Below, in pieces: positions 37,311 through 49,512 of a stretch of DNA of 64,000 bases. The stretch comes from Fistulifera solaris. Lineage: Eukaryota. Made by a program: the position numbers and the translations under genes. How positions within the stretch are numbered: the stretch's first letter is position 1; each line of letters begins with the position of its first letter. Under the pieces are notes generated by a model. It had not been told where the DNA came from. It made no database searches and worked only from the letters and a program-made list of their open reading frames with translations. The stretch spans positions 372,001 through 436,000 of the forward strand of contig AP026162.1 in the NCBI GenBank assembly GCA_030295235.1. Reading direction: 5' to 3'.

Positions 37311-39937
37311 TTACTCCAGAATTTCTCCTTTTGACCGATAATTCGAATTTGAATACAGAACCCGACAAAGTTCTTGGGTCAGGGCCCTCGACTCGCAAGG
37401 AAACGGTTTGAATGTGAATACATCCGCACCCGCTTCAAGAAACTCACTCTCTTTATCGTTTGCTGACAGACCGCATATTCGGCAATCGACTCCCTTCTTC
37501 CTTAAAGCCACCACAGTCTCAGTCCCTAAAAGTTGCTTCTCGACATTGGCCATATACATATCCATAAAAATCAAGTCAAAGTGCTCCGTCTCCACTAAAT
37601 TCAATGCAGTTTCACCATTTGATGCCTCTCGAAATGACCAGCCAGGCGCTACTGTTTTCGCCGTCCTGGTAAATAGTTTCCGTAAAATTGGATCATCGTC
37701 GACAAACAAAACAGAAATTTTCTCTGGGAGTTCACTGGTGAGTTCGGGGTGTGGGCTTCGATCAGAGGCTTCTTCGGGCTGATAAGCGATCGTCTCAGGA
37801 TTTAATGGAGGCTGACGGAGATTTACGACAAATCTGGTACCCGGATGATCTTTGTATCCACTGGTGAACGATTCGTCGAGACTTATCTCTCCTCCCATAA
37901 GCTCGATAAGATTTTTGCAAAGAAACAAGCCAATCCCCTAAAATAAAGCATCGCGACATTAGAAACGAACATTGTACCGCAATCACTTCAGATATGCTGT
38001 ACGTACCGTTCCTTGACTAAGACTATCGAGGCTCTCCTGAAACTTGTTGAAAAGTAAACCCTGCTTTTCCGGTGGAATCCCAGGACCAGAATCCTCGATC
38101 GATAGTTCCACCATGCCGTCCACTACCTGGGCGCAAAGACGCACGTACCCGCTTTCTACAAACTTCAAGCTATTTCTCCCAAGATTCAAAACAACCTGCT
38201 TCAATCGCAGACGGTCCGTCGTGACAAAAGATGATTTGGACAGTCTACTTCGACTCGAAAGTTGGCATTTCGTTGATTTAGCATCGAGTAGACCGGCTCA
38301 AGAACATCGTGAAGCAAGTCAGTAGGCTCCATTGTAACTTTTAACTGCTTGTTGGCTGCCCGATGCATATCTAGCATATTCCGCAACAGATCGTTGACGA
38401 ACTTCAAAGCATTTTCAATAATCACCACATCTTGCCGAATTGTCGAACGAGCCTCTTGAGTTGTCAGCGGTTCCTTTTCATTGACAGCCGCCTTCACAAA
38501 ACTACATGCAGCCATTGCCGCGGCGACAGGATTGCGTACCTCGTGAGCTAAGAAGTCATTGAGTTCACGCTCGGCTCTGGTAGCCTCATGGGCATTTTCC
38601 AAAATCAGCTTCGCTTTTTCTGCGTCTGCATCTGCCTTCATTCTGTTGAGTTGCTCAACTCGGCGCGTATGCGTAAATATCCAAAGAGCCAAACACAAAC
38701 TGGCAAGGAATACAATGGTGCCCCCATCGATACAAACAGCACATTTGGCTTAAAAGTGTCATCGATAGAAAGAACCGATACAGTCCACACTTTGTTGGCA
38801 GCCCTGATATTCTCCTCGAAGTACAGCTTGCTTGTTTTTTGTATCTCGGTCAGCGTTGTTTCGGGAAGGGGCGTAAGCAACGCACCACTGTGGTCGCCAT
38901 AAGGTTTCACCTCAGCACCACCGAGGAAAAGCGGCTGGCCACCAGAGTCGGACCTATCGAAGATGTAAACAGCAGAGCTCTGCTGCTGGTTCTCAGTGGA
39001 CCGTCGGATCAGATCAGGAATACGAATCACAATTGACGCTAGGTCTTTCGGCCAAGCATCTGGGTCAGTTGAAAGCCTAATCCCGGGATGCATAAGTATA
39101 ACACCATAAGATATGTCCTCTGTTTCTTGTACAAGACGCAGACGATCCGTTAAAGCCGGTTCTCCTGTTTCTATACATGTCAAAACTGTTTTTTGCCGTA
39201 CTCCCGATGCGTGATAGTCTAGACCGATAGCGGCTTCATTGCTGAGTACTGGTTCCATGTAGTCTGTGAAATATGAACGAGTTGTTAACAATACATCAAC
39301 ACTGTGGTGCGCAGCATAATTTTGCACTTACGAATAGGAAAGTAAAAGCTGGCGTTAAGCCGTGGCTCAAGGCTTGTTGAGTTTTCGAAGTTAAAGCCAA
39401 CAAACCCTCGGTAGTCGACGCTCGGATAATATTCCTCGTAGTAAGCCCTCGCTTCAGCTTCAGCTTCATCTCGTTCATCGTGTGTTATATTAGGATCGAA
39501 TTGTGCTGCTTGAAAGTCGAGTCCGGATGCAACTAAATATTCGTACATTTGTCGAAAATCGACACGATCGAATTTCCTGTTTCTGCACCTTCCATGAATC
39601 CATGATGCAGCAGTGACATAATCCTCCCACGCGCCTTCAATTTTTGTGATTAAATCGAGTGCGCTACGAGCGAACTGATCTTGTTGATCCTCTATTGCCG
39701 ACCCGATCCCAACGGCTAAGAACGCCGCTGCAGTACCACTGCCTAAAATTACTACCATTAACACCAGCAGCAAGGTCGTCCTTTGCTTGAAAGCTGAGAT
39801 GGTCGCCGAGCCTTCGTTGCTGTCGAGCGAGCCTTTTCAAGATCGATATCAGATGAATTCCTTGATTGTTCATGTGACAGTATCTTTTGGTTGCTAGTGG
39901 ACATCTCGACCATGGCATCTCCTCCGTTGCTAACCAT
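37311..39937 (-). CDS. CHASE hybrid histidine kinase copy 4 (HK4); introns 39264-39331 and 37938-38006; apparent frameshifts near 39836, 38725 and 38228
   Basis: FPIHYMEPVLSNEAAIGLD, AHEVRNP, RNSLKF, DSGPGI, GTGIGL, REC with VDDD/IFMD/KPF. Confidence 0.9.
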
Positions 39938-40604
39938 GATGTTATTTGAGTGAACGTTTGACTTAACAACGCACGTTTGCGAGAATAGGATTAAACTTTG
40001 TTTTATACGTACTCAGAGGATCGATTAGGTTCGAAATACGAAGGACGGCGAACGATGATGATTCGAAACGCGTGTCATTAATTTTTCCGCCACTTCTCGT
40101 TTGGCTCCGAGCTCCGATGCGGCGGAGAGCGGAGAGCCGGGCAAGGGGGCCGTTTTGTTTTTGTTTGTGGTTTGCGGACGGCGGACCGGACGTCGGACAG
40201 CCATGGTCATGGGTCATTTTCCTTTCAGACACTATTCTTACCTGGTATTTGTTAAGTCTTGAGCATTCAGCTTTTTTGTTCTTCTGGTTTCGTTTCTTCT
40301 TTCTTCGTTCTTTTGTACAATATTGTATCGCAGGTTGCAGGTTGCATAATTCTTACTTACTACGTACAAAATGACGACACTTATTTCCAAACTTCAAGCT
40401 ACGGATTGAAAAGTCACGCGGGAATTCGTTGCCTCTGCGACGGAAACAAGTTTCCTACTACTTTCGGGAAACGAGCATTCGCAAAACGCATGAATGCAAA
40501 ACGCAAGACGCGATAGGGGTCTAATGATTGAAAATAAAAGTGAACAAGTACGAACAAAATACTTGCAATGCGAATGAATGGCTTTCTTGATAACTTACTA
40601 CCAA

Positions 40605-41944
40605 ATGAAAACATACAATAATAAGCACGGAGCGCGCAAGATTCTAAAGGAGGAAGATTATCAGGCCGCTCTTTCCGACATAATTACGCGTGATTATTTT
40701 CCTGAAGTAGACGCCTTGAAGAGGCAAGTCGATCAGCAGCAGCAGCGCTGCATAACAGACAGTTCACACGGAAAATTTCAAATGCAACAGACTTTTCGAT
40801 TACAAGAAGATAATCAGCACGCCAGTGTTCTCGATGTGCGTGGGACGGAGCTTCCCACATCCCGTCACATGGAAAGTCTTTCCGCCTTTCACGATCGTGT
40901 GACAAGCGAGGATAATGCTTCATTCGATCAGGTGCAAACTGAAGAAGTAAGAAGGAATGCAAAAATTGCTGCTCTTTGCAACGCACCCGCACGTACGGAG
41001 AAGCGACCGCTTCTGACTCTTCGCAGCAGCTCGCATGCAATGAGTCCACTGCCACTCGCATCGAATCAATTTGACCCACCATCACATCAGCTTTCTATCA
41101 GCGCCTATCAGAGAGAGTCGAACAATGCGTTTTTCTTTGCGCCTGAAGACTGTCGCACTGCTGGTCGTCCGACACTGGCAATCACATCGTCCTCAAATGC
41201 TTCTAAAAGTCCTTTCGTACAAACGATGCCGCCTCCGGCCAATCGAGGGGACACGTCAACGACGAAGATCGTTTCGCAGAAACAAATTGTACCTTCAGCA
41301 ACTCGCTTTCCGTCCAGGGAGATTACTCCTAAATCTGCGCTAAGCAACTGGGATCTGGAAAGCCAAAGTGATTTATGTTCGTCAACGGATGACGGCAGTG
41401 AATTTACTGATTTTGACCGTTCTCCTGGTTTTCCGTTACACGTCGAAAGAGATCAAGCAATCAAAAAGTGTAATAGTGAGCTCAATAAACTCGTCCGAAT
41501 GACACCGCTAATTGTGCCAGGGTCTCGGGGGCTGAGGAGTCGTCGCCCCTTATCACTTGGGGCACAGTGGATAGTACACCACTTGTTGTACCCCAGCAAG
41601 ACGTGCACGCGTCTCCTGTCTTTCAGTTACCACAAACGAGTGCCAGAGATGAGGCAGCTACAAAGGCACACGAAAGGCTTGCTCGTCGATCAGCAACGTC
41701 GCATCAAAGGAACTCTGTTCTTCCAGCTTTACGAGCAAGCATACAGAGAGACAAGAGTTCAGCTGGGCAAAAATGTCGCCCCGTATCCGCTCGTTCTAGC
41801 AAATCTCTTGGATCCGCGTTGCGAAAGTCTTACCTTCGAGCGCCTGGATCTGCGCAACGTGGATCTAGTTCGAACGTGATGATACCCGCTTCCACGGATA
41901 CGGCCTACCGGCTTACGCCAAGATTGCCTCGGAAGCTTGGATAA
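40605..41944 (+). CDS. ESS2: Splicing factor ESS-2/DGCR14-like; apparent frameshift near 41528
   Basis: ILKEEDYQAALSDIITRDYFP, LSAFHDRVTSEDNASF, and SPLITWGTVDSTPL after the frame shift. Confidence 0.8.
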
Positions 41945-42446
41945 TAATCACTTCATCGAAAATTGCTGGGTTCTATTGCGTTCCACAGCTGAATATCACT
42001 CCTCTAGCTGTAAAAGTCGACCGATGAAGAATGCGATAAAATCAGTGTATTCAGTCCCTTCTTGGTAAGCGCGCGTAGCTAGTCTTATCTTAAAAAGCAT
42101 AGGTTTCCTTTTTCCCTTTCCATTCTTGTATTTTCTTATACTTTCTATCAATAAACTCAATCAGGTCCAACAAGGATGTAAACTCGGAAGCATTTCGAGC
42201 GCAGTGCTGGTTATTATAGCTTTATGAACCCTTAACCCGTAACCGTAAACTTGCCGGAGGGGCGGAAAAGATGCAGCAAACGCAAAAACGACGACAGCAC
42301 TCAATAAAACAATATTAACATTGCTTTTGCTACAAATCATTGTTGAATCTAGCTTCAAAAAAGAATCAAACGTGAGCATCAGCATCAAGTTCGACCCAGA
42401 CAGTGTTTTCGGGACCCTTCATTAAAGTCTCGCCAACAATTTTGCA

Positions 42447-44423
42447 ATGTCATCCGAAGACCTTTCTCATCTTCCTTCCAGCTCTAAACGGCAACGAACG
42501 ACAAGTCTGCTGACAATGCACCGCCCAATCACCAACGTACCGGCTCTTTTACTAGAGCAGCAATTAGAAAGCTTGCAAGCAGAACTAGATCACGAGAGGT
42601 CTTTACGAATTCTCGACCAGCGGCGGGCGCAACAGCAGAAGGAGCTGCTCGAACAACAAGTTGAGTTTGCCGTGAAAGAAGCAACTAATGCAAAGCAATT
42701 GATCAATGACTTTCGTACGGAGAGTCAAAACACTCTGCAGAAAATGAAAGACGCAAGAGATATGGCGTACGAAGAAGTCCGCAAATTACAAGTCGAGCTC
42801 ATTTACGCTAGAGAAGAGGCGGAGAGCGGGGATGATGAGGATCATACCTGGAAATCAGAATACAACAGTCTTAAACAAAAACTACAGTTTCAAGCAGAAT
42901 ACGAGCAAAAGCTGCTAGAGCAAATCAAAGATTTGGAGAACGAAGTGAAGAAACTTTCCGAAGAATTGCTTCGAACAAAGTCACCCGATTCACAACAGAT
43001 GAATTTAAGCCCCTCTCAAGATGCCCCATCTGACTTGCTGAAAGAACTACAGCGCGTCCGCATTGAATTGGCGGAGACGGAGCGATCTCACAGACAGCTG
43101 CAGCGATCACTCCAGGCAGCGGAGCAGCGCAACAAAACGCTTGTCGATGAGCGCGAAGTGGCGCAACGTGGTGCTGAACGGTTACCCAAAGTTCTGGCGG
43201 AACTCGACAAGTTACGAACAGACCACGAAGATTCACTGGCTACGCAGACAGCTTGGAAAACGTTTGGCGAAGAGCTTTTCGAAAAGCTCAAGGCTACGGG
43301 TATGTATAACATGTTTATCAAAACAAGCAATCAGTTGCTACCTCCGGAAGTGTCAACCGTTCTACGAATTCTTGAATCAGTGCAGCAAAAGTCTGAGAAG
43401 ACAACGCAAGAAAACAACAAGCTTTGTGAAAAACTTCGAGCATTGGAGTCGGCAATGAAATCTACCGAAACGCAATCGTTTCAGAGCCTAAACAAACAGC
43501 TGGAGTGGTCTAAAGAAACAAGTAAACTCGAGCAGAAACTTGTGATATCTGAACAAGAGGTGGCTTTGCTGAAGAAGAAGAACTCTATTTATCAGGGTGA
43601 AATAGAAAGTCTACGTGATCTTATTAGGACATTCGATGATCTTCCTTTGGCGCCGCACGGCTCGGCGGCATCGGACAACGCGAAAGATGCATCCGCTTTG
43701 AAAACCATGCAGTTATCACTGGACACGAAAGCACAGGAAATTGCCGTATTGGAAAAGGAACGAGAGGAACTCAGAGCTCAACTCGAGTCAACCAAACTGG
43801 CAAGCACCGAATCGAAAGAGGAACTTGAACGAGTCAAAGCAAAATTCGTCAAGCTGCGCGATGCTCTCCAAGACGAACGCGCAAAAGTTGAACAAGCAGA
43901 GGCAAGAGTCATTGAGGCTGAGGCCCTCGCTGGTAAGGGATCATTTGACCCCAATCGTACGCGCGTGTTGCACTTAAAAGAAACGCCGTTAGTTCAGTCT
44001 CTCAAAGAGGAAATTCAGGTTTTGAGACGCCAGTTAGAAGTGAAGTCCGCGTCATCGTCAAAATTAGCACCGGACCCCGACAAACTGAACCAACGGTTGA
44101 AACAAAATTTCAAAGAACAAATTGCACTTTTCCGCGAGGGCGTTTATTTGATGACCGGATTTAAAGTAGACATGTTACCTGGAACCGAACGACCGACATT
44201 TCGCGTGCGCTCCATGTTTGCAGAGCGAGAGGAAGATCATCTGATGTTGAAGTGGCCGAAAGGAGGCGAAACAATCAAGTCTCTTGATATTCTTGGCACG
44301 GAACTGGCCAATTTGTTGGCTGCCAGTCCTAGTTACGAATACATGACAAAATTTCATAGCCTTCCGGCTTTCTTGGCCAGCGTGCAGCTCAGCTTGTTCG
44401 AAAAACAGACAATGATGATGTAG
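42447..44423 (+). CDS. MAD1: Spindle assembly checkpoint protein MAD1
   Basis: Long coiled coil, RVLHL Mad2-interaction-like motif, RLKQNFKEQIALFREGVYLMTGFKVD, FRVRSMFAE, SLPAFLASVQLSLF. Confidence 0.9.
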   Translation: MSSEDLSHLPSSSKRQRTTSLLTMHRPITNVPALLLEQQLESLQAELDHERSLRILDQRRAQQQKELLEQQVEFAVKEATNAKQLINDFRTESQNTLQKMKDARDMAYEEVRKLQVELIYAREEAESGDDEDHTWKSEYNSLKQKLQFQAEYEQKLLEQIKDLENEVKKLSEELLRTKSPDSQQMNLSPSQDAPSDLLKELQRVRIELAETERSHRQLQRSLQAAEQRNKTLVDEREVAQRGAERLPKVLAELDKLRTDHEDSLATQTAWKTFGEELFEKLKATGMYNMFIKTSNQLLPPEVSTVLRILESVQQKSEKTTQENNKLCEKLRALESAMKSTETQSFQSLNKQLEWSKETSKLEQKLVISEQEVALLKKKNSIYQGEIESLRDLIRTFDDLPLAPHGSAASDNAKDASALKTMQLSLDTKAQEIAVLEKEREELRAQLESTKLASTESKEELERVKAKFVKLRDALQDERAKVEQAEARVIEAEALAGKGSFDPNRTRVLHLKETPLVQSLKEEIQVLRRQLEVKSASSSKLAPDPDKLNQRLKQNFKEQIALFREGVYLMTGFKVDMLPGTERPTFRVRSMFAEREEDHLMLKWPKGGETIKSLDILGTELANLLAASPSYEYMTKFHSLPAFLASVQLSLFEKQTMMM

Positions 44424-44807
44424 CCTTTATAGTCAGTCTTGATTAGGAAGTAAGTAGAATAATGATCATAATGTTAGAATGATAATCTCATTGGATGTAA
44501 AGACGGGATACGAGCAATGCGAAATGGATCACACCGGTATACGACTGTCGATTAGAAAGTACAGCTACAGTTACTGTTGTCTTACTGGCTTTCGATGCGA
44601 TTGTTATTGAGAGGTGCGCTCTCGTCTTATTTGTTGTCATTGCGTTGGTTGATCATCTTTATCGCGGTGTAGATGATCAACTTCTAATAGCGAAAGCGTT
44701 ACCTTTCGAGAATCGATAGGGTTGACGTACTTCTTGCGTAACTAGACGGCGAGCGAAGTCAAATCCGTAATCGTTGTATTTTGCGGGCGTCAGCGAACGT
44801 CGACACC

Positions 44808-47800
44808 ATGAAGTCAAATGCGAGAAAGGAAATGATAGCCAATCGGGCCTTGCTGGCGCGAAAGCAGCGTCCAGGGAACTCTGGCAAAGTTCATTTTTCG
44901 AACTTGGATGAGCAGGACTCGACTTCGGGATCAATAGCGACTAATAACACACAATCGACGAGTGCGTATACGCAAAGCTGGAGCTACCTCCGATCAAATC
45001 CGACAAATAATAATGAGTTTGACAATCCCGAACGTCTGAACGCATCAACGCGACAGTTGCCCTTGCCAGTAACCACCAGTCCAAGTACATCGTCTGTACC
45101 GATCAAATCTCCGAGCTCGAGAAAGGATGTATCCTATCACATAACAATCGGTCAATCACCGCGACATCAAACGAATGGGGCAAAGCTTTCGCCGAAAAAT
45201 CACTTGCTAGAACGCAGTACCGAGGTAGCAGACGAAGTTGCCGCTCTGCTAGCATCAGTTCGGAGAACTACGTCACCTCGTCGTCTCAATGCTGCGGAGG
45301 ACAAGAACGAAGTGCACGGTAATCAGAGTTACGAAAGCGCAATGATGAATTCTTCGCAACTCGAAAACAGCATGACAGAAGACAGAAAGGCTCAAAATAA
45401 TGAAATTAAACAATCTGCGGTGGCTAAGATTGAGACCGAGAACATCACCGTTCGTCGAAATCATGTGAAGAATCATATTCATACTGAAATCAAAGAAGAG
45501 TTCGAGGACACCGACGAGGAACAGGTGACCCCCGTTGCCAATCGACCATTGACCTTGGAGGATTTGGAACCGACTATTAGCGAACCGCTGGTCACTCCAG
45601 CGTGTATTGTCGATGGGTCGACTGTGGTTCTCCGTTCTCAAGAAACTTTGAGGACTTTGAGCCTTGATAAACATCCAGATGAAAGTCATGCTACCTATAA
45701 AATGAACGGATACGGGCTAGGCCAACCGGAAGAGCTCCTCCACCTTCACATCCAGGAATCCAATATGGCTCGAGTAAACAACGATGACCCTACCGTGCTT
45801 TGTTACTGGGATCGTATCGTGTTAAAATCGCAACGCTTCAAAGGCAATGTTTTGGGTGCTATCCGGCGTCGACACTGGGAAATCGGTTTCACGCAGCAGT
45901 CTCTACCCGGGCCCGCTGAACAGTGGAGAGTGATACGGACGGATTTCAAGACAGCAATTAACATTGGTCGCTCGGCCATCGATAATGAAGCAATCCTGAG
46001 AGCCAAAATGGGACCGACAGAGCCTGTTCAATTTGGAGACCCAATCGTTCTCCGTAATTGCCATACCGGTGGCATTTTGTCCCTGGCAGAGCCAAACCTT
46101 CAGAATTTGCGCCTTACTGCGGATTCGCACGATCCCAATCGAATCCGCCACGATGATCTTCATGATGCTACAACTTTAGGTAAGCTTCAGCGACACGATC
46201 GGATAGTGCCGGTGCCAGCTGAGGCCTATCACTTTTTACCTCCGGCGATCCCAGCAGCGCCACTCCGGAGCATCTCGCGTGTTCTACAACAACAACAACA
46301 TCCATTTCTGAATGGAAACTTTTATTTTCAAGCCTTGGATCGAAACGAGAAAGTCGCAGCAAAAGCCACCACTTGCCCTAAAGAAGCCTCTCACCAAGAG
46401 GTTCTCCTTATGGATGAGCTCTTGGGCTCGTTCTTGGGGCTCGAGGGCGAATACATAAAAGTACTTGGCCCCAATGAAGATGTGCTTGAGTTTCGCTTTT
46501 CGCTGACAGACTCACCCGTGACTACGTTCGACAAATTCTGTCGGCATATTGTCCAAGGTATGCTTCCACTCTCCAAAGCCTACATCAACGTTAAGCGCTT
46601 TTTGGGCACCCACGAGTCACGGTATGCATATGGCTGTGTCGTTCATGCATTCTGTGAGGAGCTTGATACCATGATACAAGAATACATCGGTTTCATAGCA
46701 AATATTGAAAGTGACTATCGTAAATCTATGGTTGGAGGCCAGGCCATGACACTCTGTAATTTGCAAGTACTAATAAAGCCGGCAATGGACGTGATGCTGG
46801 TGCTCGAGGCCGCGACTCTTGCGGCGCGCACGAAAAAAGGTGGAGCTCTCCTAAATAGTTTACGCGATCTCGTGCTGCAATCATTCGAAGGCAACAACGT
46901 TGCTGAGGCGGTTCTCCACCAGCTACTGAAGGCGGGAGCAGCCCCATACCTCAAGATGCTCAGCGAGTGGTTAGAATGTGGCGATCTTAGTTTTGACCCA
47001 CATTCTGAATTTATGGTGCAAAAGATGGGCGACAACAGATCTTGGGAATATCGCTACTCGGTTTGTCTAGAACATGTTTTGAAAGATCTTTTTCCTTCTG
47101 AGTTGATAGTTGAAAGGATTTTTGGCAACTGGGAGATATTGGAACGCTCTGAGAAGTTGTACCAAAGCAGATTTGAGTATCGCGTCTCAGCCACTTTGTT
47201 ACTTTGAGAGTACATCTACCTTTGCTAACTACGTGCAAGGAAATTATGAAAAAGCTTCCCAAGCGCTTGTTGACCTGCTTTTGAATGACTTTGATTTAAT
47301 CGGATCTCTTCGTTTGGTCAAGCGATTCTTTCTCTTGGATCAAGGTGATTTCTTCATTAACTTCCTGGATGCAGCTGAAGACGAACTGCGAAAGGATTTG
47401 GACACAATCTCGATGGGAAGAATCCAATATTGGTTGGACCTGTTTATTCAAAACGTTGATAAGCACTTCGATGATTCCTTGGCTATAGCACCTTCCGCTA
47501 GGAGCCTATCCCGACAGGGCCTGGCACTTACCGGTCTTCACTGCTGTTTTGCATCAGGAAGCTTAGCAGATCGTCTAGACGAATTGTTCGCTGCAACTGG
47601 AGGACTAGACACAAAGGAACCTTGGACTCCACTTCGACACGCATACGGTGGCAACACTTCCGATACCTTGACGGGTCTTGATGCCTTCATGTTTGATTTC
47701 AGATCAATTCCGTTTCCGATATCTTTGATTTTTATCAGAGAAGGCCATGGATAGCTACCAGCTCTTGTTCAGACACCTCTTTTTGCTAAATACGTTGAAC

Positions 47801-48529
47801 GAAGACTGGTCGGAATATGGCAAGATCATCAGGACATGAAAGAGTTGCAGTCACTTCGCAAAGCTCTAGGTCCTACATTCTTGCTTCGTCAGAGAATGGT
47901 GCATTTCGTTCAAAATCTCATCTATTACTTAATGCATGAAGTGCTCGAACCCCAATGGATAGAAATGGAGGCTTTCATATTCAACTATGACGGCAAAAAG
48001 ACGAGACTATCGATGACATCGTGAATGTTCACATATGTTTTCTGAATCAAGCGCTTGAAGCATGCCTATTGACTAACCGCAATCTTGTGAGGTCGCTGAC
48101 GAAACTGATGAAAACGTGTCTCCTCTTTTCCGACCAAATGAAGCTCTTTATGAAAGCAACCAAAATATCAGACGACAAATATCATGTCGCAAATGAAAAA
48201 CAGAAGGTGGTACAGCGGACGCTAAATGATCGAAGGGATTCAAGGCGCTTCCTAGTTGACCAAAAGACTTTGCAGAAAACTATTCAGAACTCACGGATGG
48301 AGCGAAGAGAAAGAATCCAACGACAAACAGCTAGGGTAGAGCACGAAATCAATGGCGAGTCTTACCCTAGGATGATCAGCCGTTTCGATGAAGTATTCTC
48401 CAAGAATTTACGAGATTTCATGTCGCAGTTGACACAATCCGACGATCTATACCACTCGCAAAGGTGAATCTTTGCATTCGTCTGGATTACAATGGGTACG
48501 TAACGAAAGCTATGGGTTTAAAGAAGTAA
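44808..48529 (+). CDS. GCP2: Gamma-tubulin complex component (GCP2/Spc97-like) with long N-terminal extension; several apparent frameshifts (near 47120, 47730, 47780, 47996, 48460)
   Basis: QEVLLMDELL..FLGLEGEYI, YGCVVHAFC, KGGALL, APYLKMLSEW, DPHSEFMV, LATGRYWN, KRFFLLDQGDF, LRQRMVHFVQNLIYY..EVLEP.W, end RLDYNGY. Confidence 0.85.
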
Positions 48530-48862
48530 GCGCAATTAGTTTTATGAGGGTAAATGTTAGCTAGCCTAATTTCTAATTTCCGCAACCCTACTTGGTAGTA
48601 AAGTTACTACAATCAGTACTGATGTTCCCTAAGTAACCATGTCAACGGCGATACGGCCGTTTTGCCTCTACGCGCCGGAAGCGTATCGGTACTCAAAATC
48701 GGTTATCGGCGAGACGAGAAACTGCTTCCACGACATTCGATTGCGGTTTTTCCTCGGCGAAAGATTTGGACTGCGCTGCTTCATCCTTACCTGAAAAACA
48801 TTTAGTCTATTCGACCCTCTTTTTCCTTCAACAATCACTTGTAAGAACTCTTGACGAGTACA

Positions 48863-49411
48863 ATGCCATCTACTACCAAAGGAAAAAATCGGAGCAGCAA
48901 TTCTGCGCAACGTCGTCTCAACTTCGATCAACAGGGCTCGAGGACGAGCGACGAGATTATCAGTATCGATGATGATATCGCGCAGACGACAGACTTGGTA
49001 TCATCTCCGCAGAAAAGAAGCTCTGTAACATCTTTTGAGTCACCAGCTCCAAGCAAAAAGCAAAAAAGTGTCGTAATTACACCCGAGGCTCAAAAGGAGG
49101 ATCTTTCCCAATTTGTCCCGAAGTACATACACAAGAATGTCGAGTACTGCCGTGAAGGCTCGTCTACTCTTCCCAGTAAGACAATTCAAGTTTACCAATG
49201 GATTCGAGAGCGGTACAAAATTCCTTCCGACTTTGAACAGCAACGATTCTTTGGTCCCTTGAGCGGTACAAGCTATGAACAGCGTGTTATCACTGAATAC
49301 AAGCTCGGCAAATTAGATCGCAAAGAAGATGCGCCCGACGATGAGACTTTGATTTGCTCGGGCTGTGCGCAAACGGGTCATCTGCGAGATGACTGCCCAG
49401 CACTCATTTGA
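48863..49411 (+). CDS. Hypothetical protein with C-terminal CCHC zinc knuckle
   Basis: CSGCAQTGHLRDDC (CX2CX4HX4C); disordered basic N-terminus. Confidence 0.7.
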   Translation: MPSTTKGKNRSSNSAQRRLNFDQQGSRTSDEIISIDDDIAQTTDLVSSPQKRSSVTSFESPAPSKKQKSVVITPEAQKEDLSQFVPKYIHKNVEYCREGSSTLPSKTIQVYQWIRERYKIPSDFEQQRFFGPLSGTSYEQRVITEYKLGKLDRKEDAPDDETLICSGCAQTGHLRDDCPALI

Positions 49412-49512
49412 CAATGGAGTTTGTGAGACGCAAACACCTTATTGACGATAGAACTCTCCACTTGCACAGAGCAATACGTAAAAGCTTAGAACGATAAAAT
49501 GAAGATTTATCT

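Noticed and set aside
26672..38325. Similar plus-strand ORFs (NTSAPASRNSLSLS..., PGPESSIDSST...) recurring across the kinase array
   Set aside because: Antisense shadows of the conserved REC and HATPase exons.
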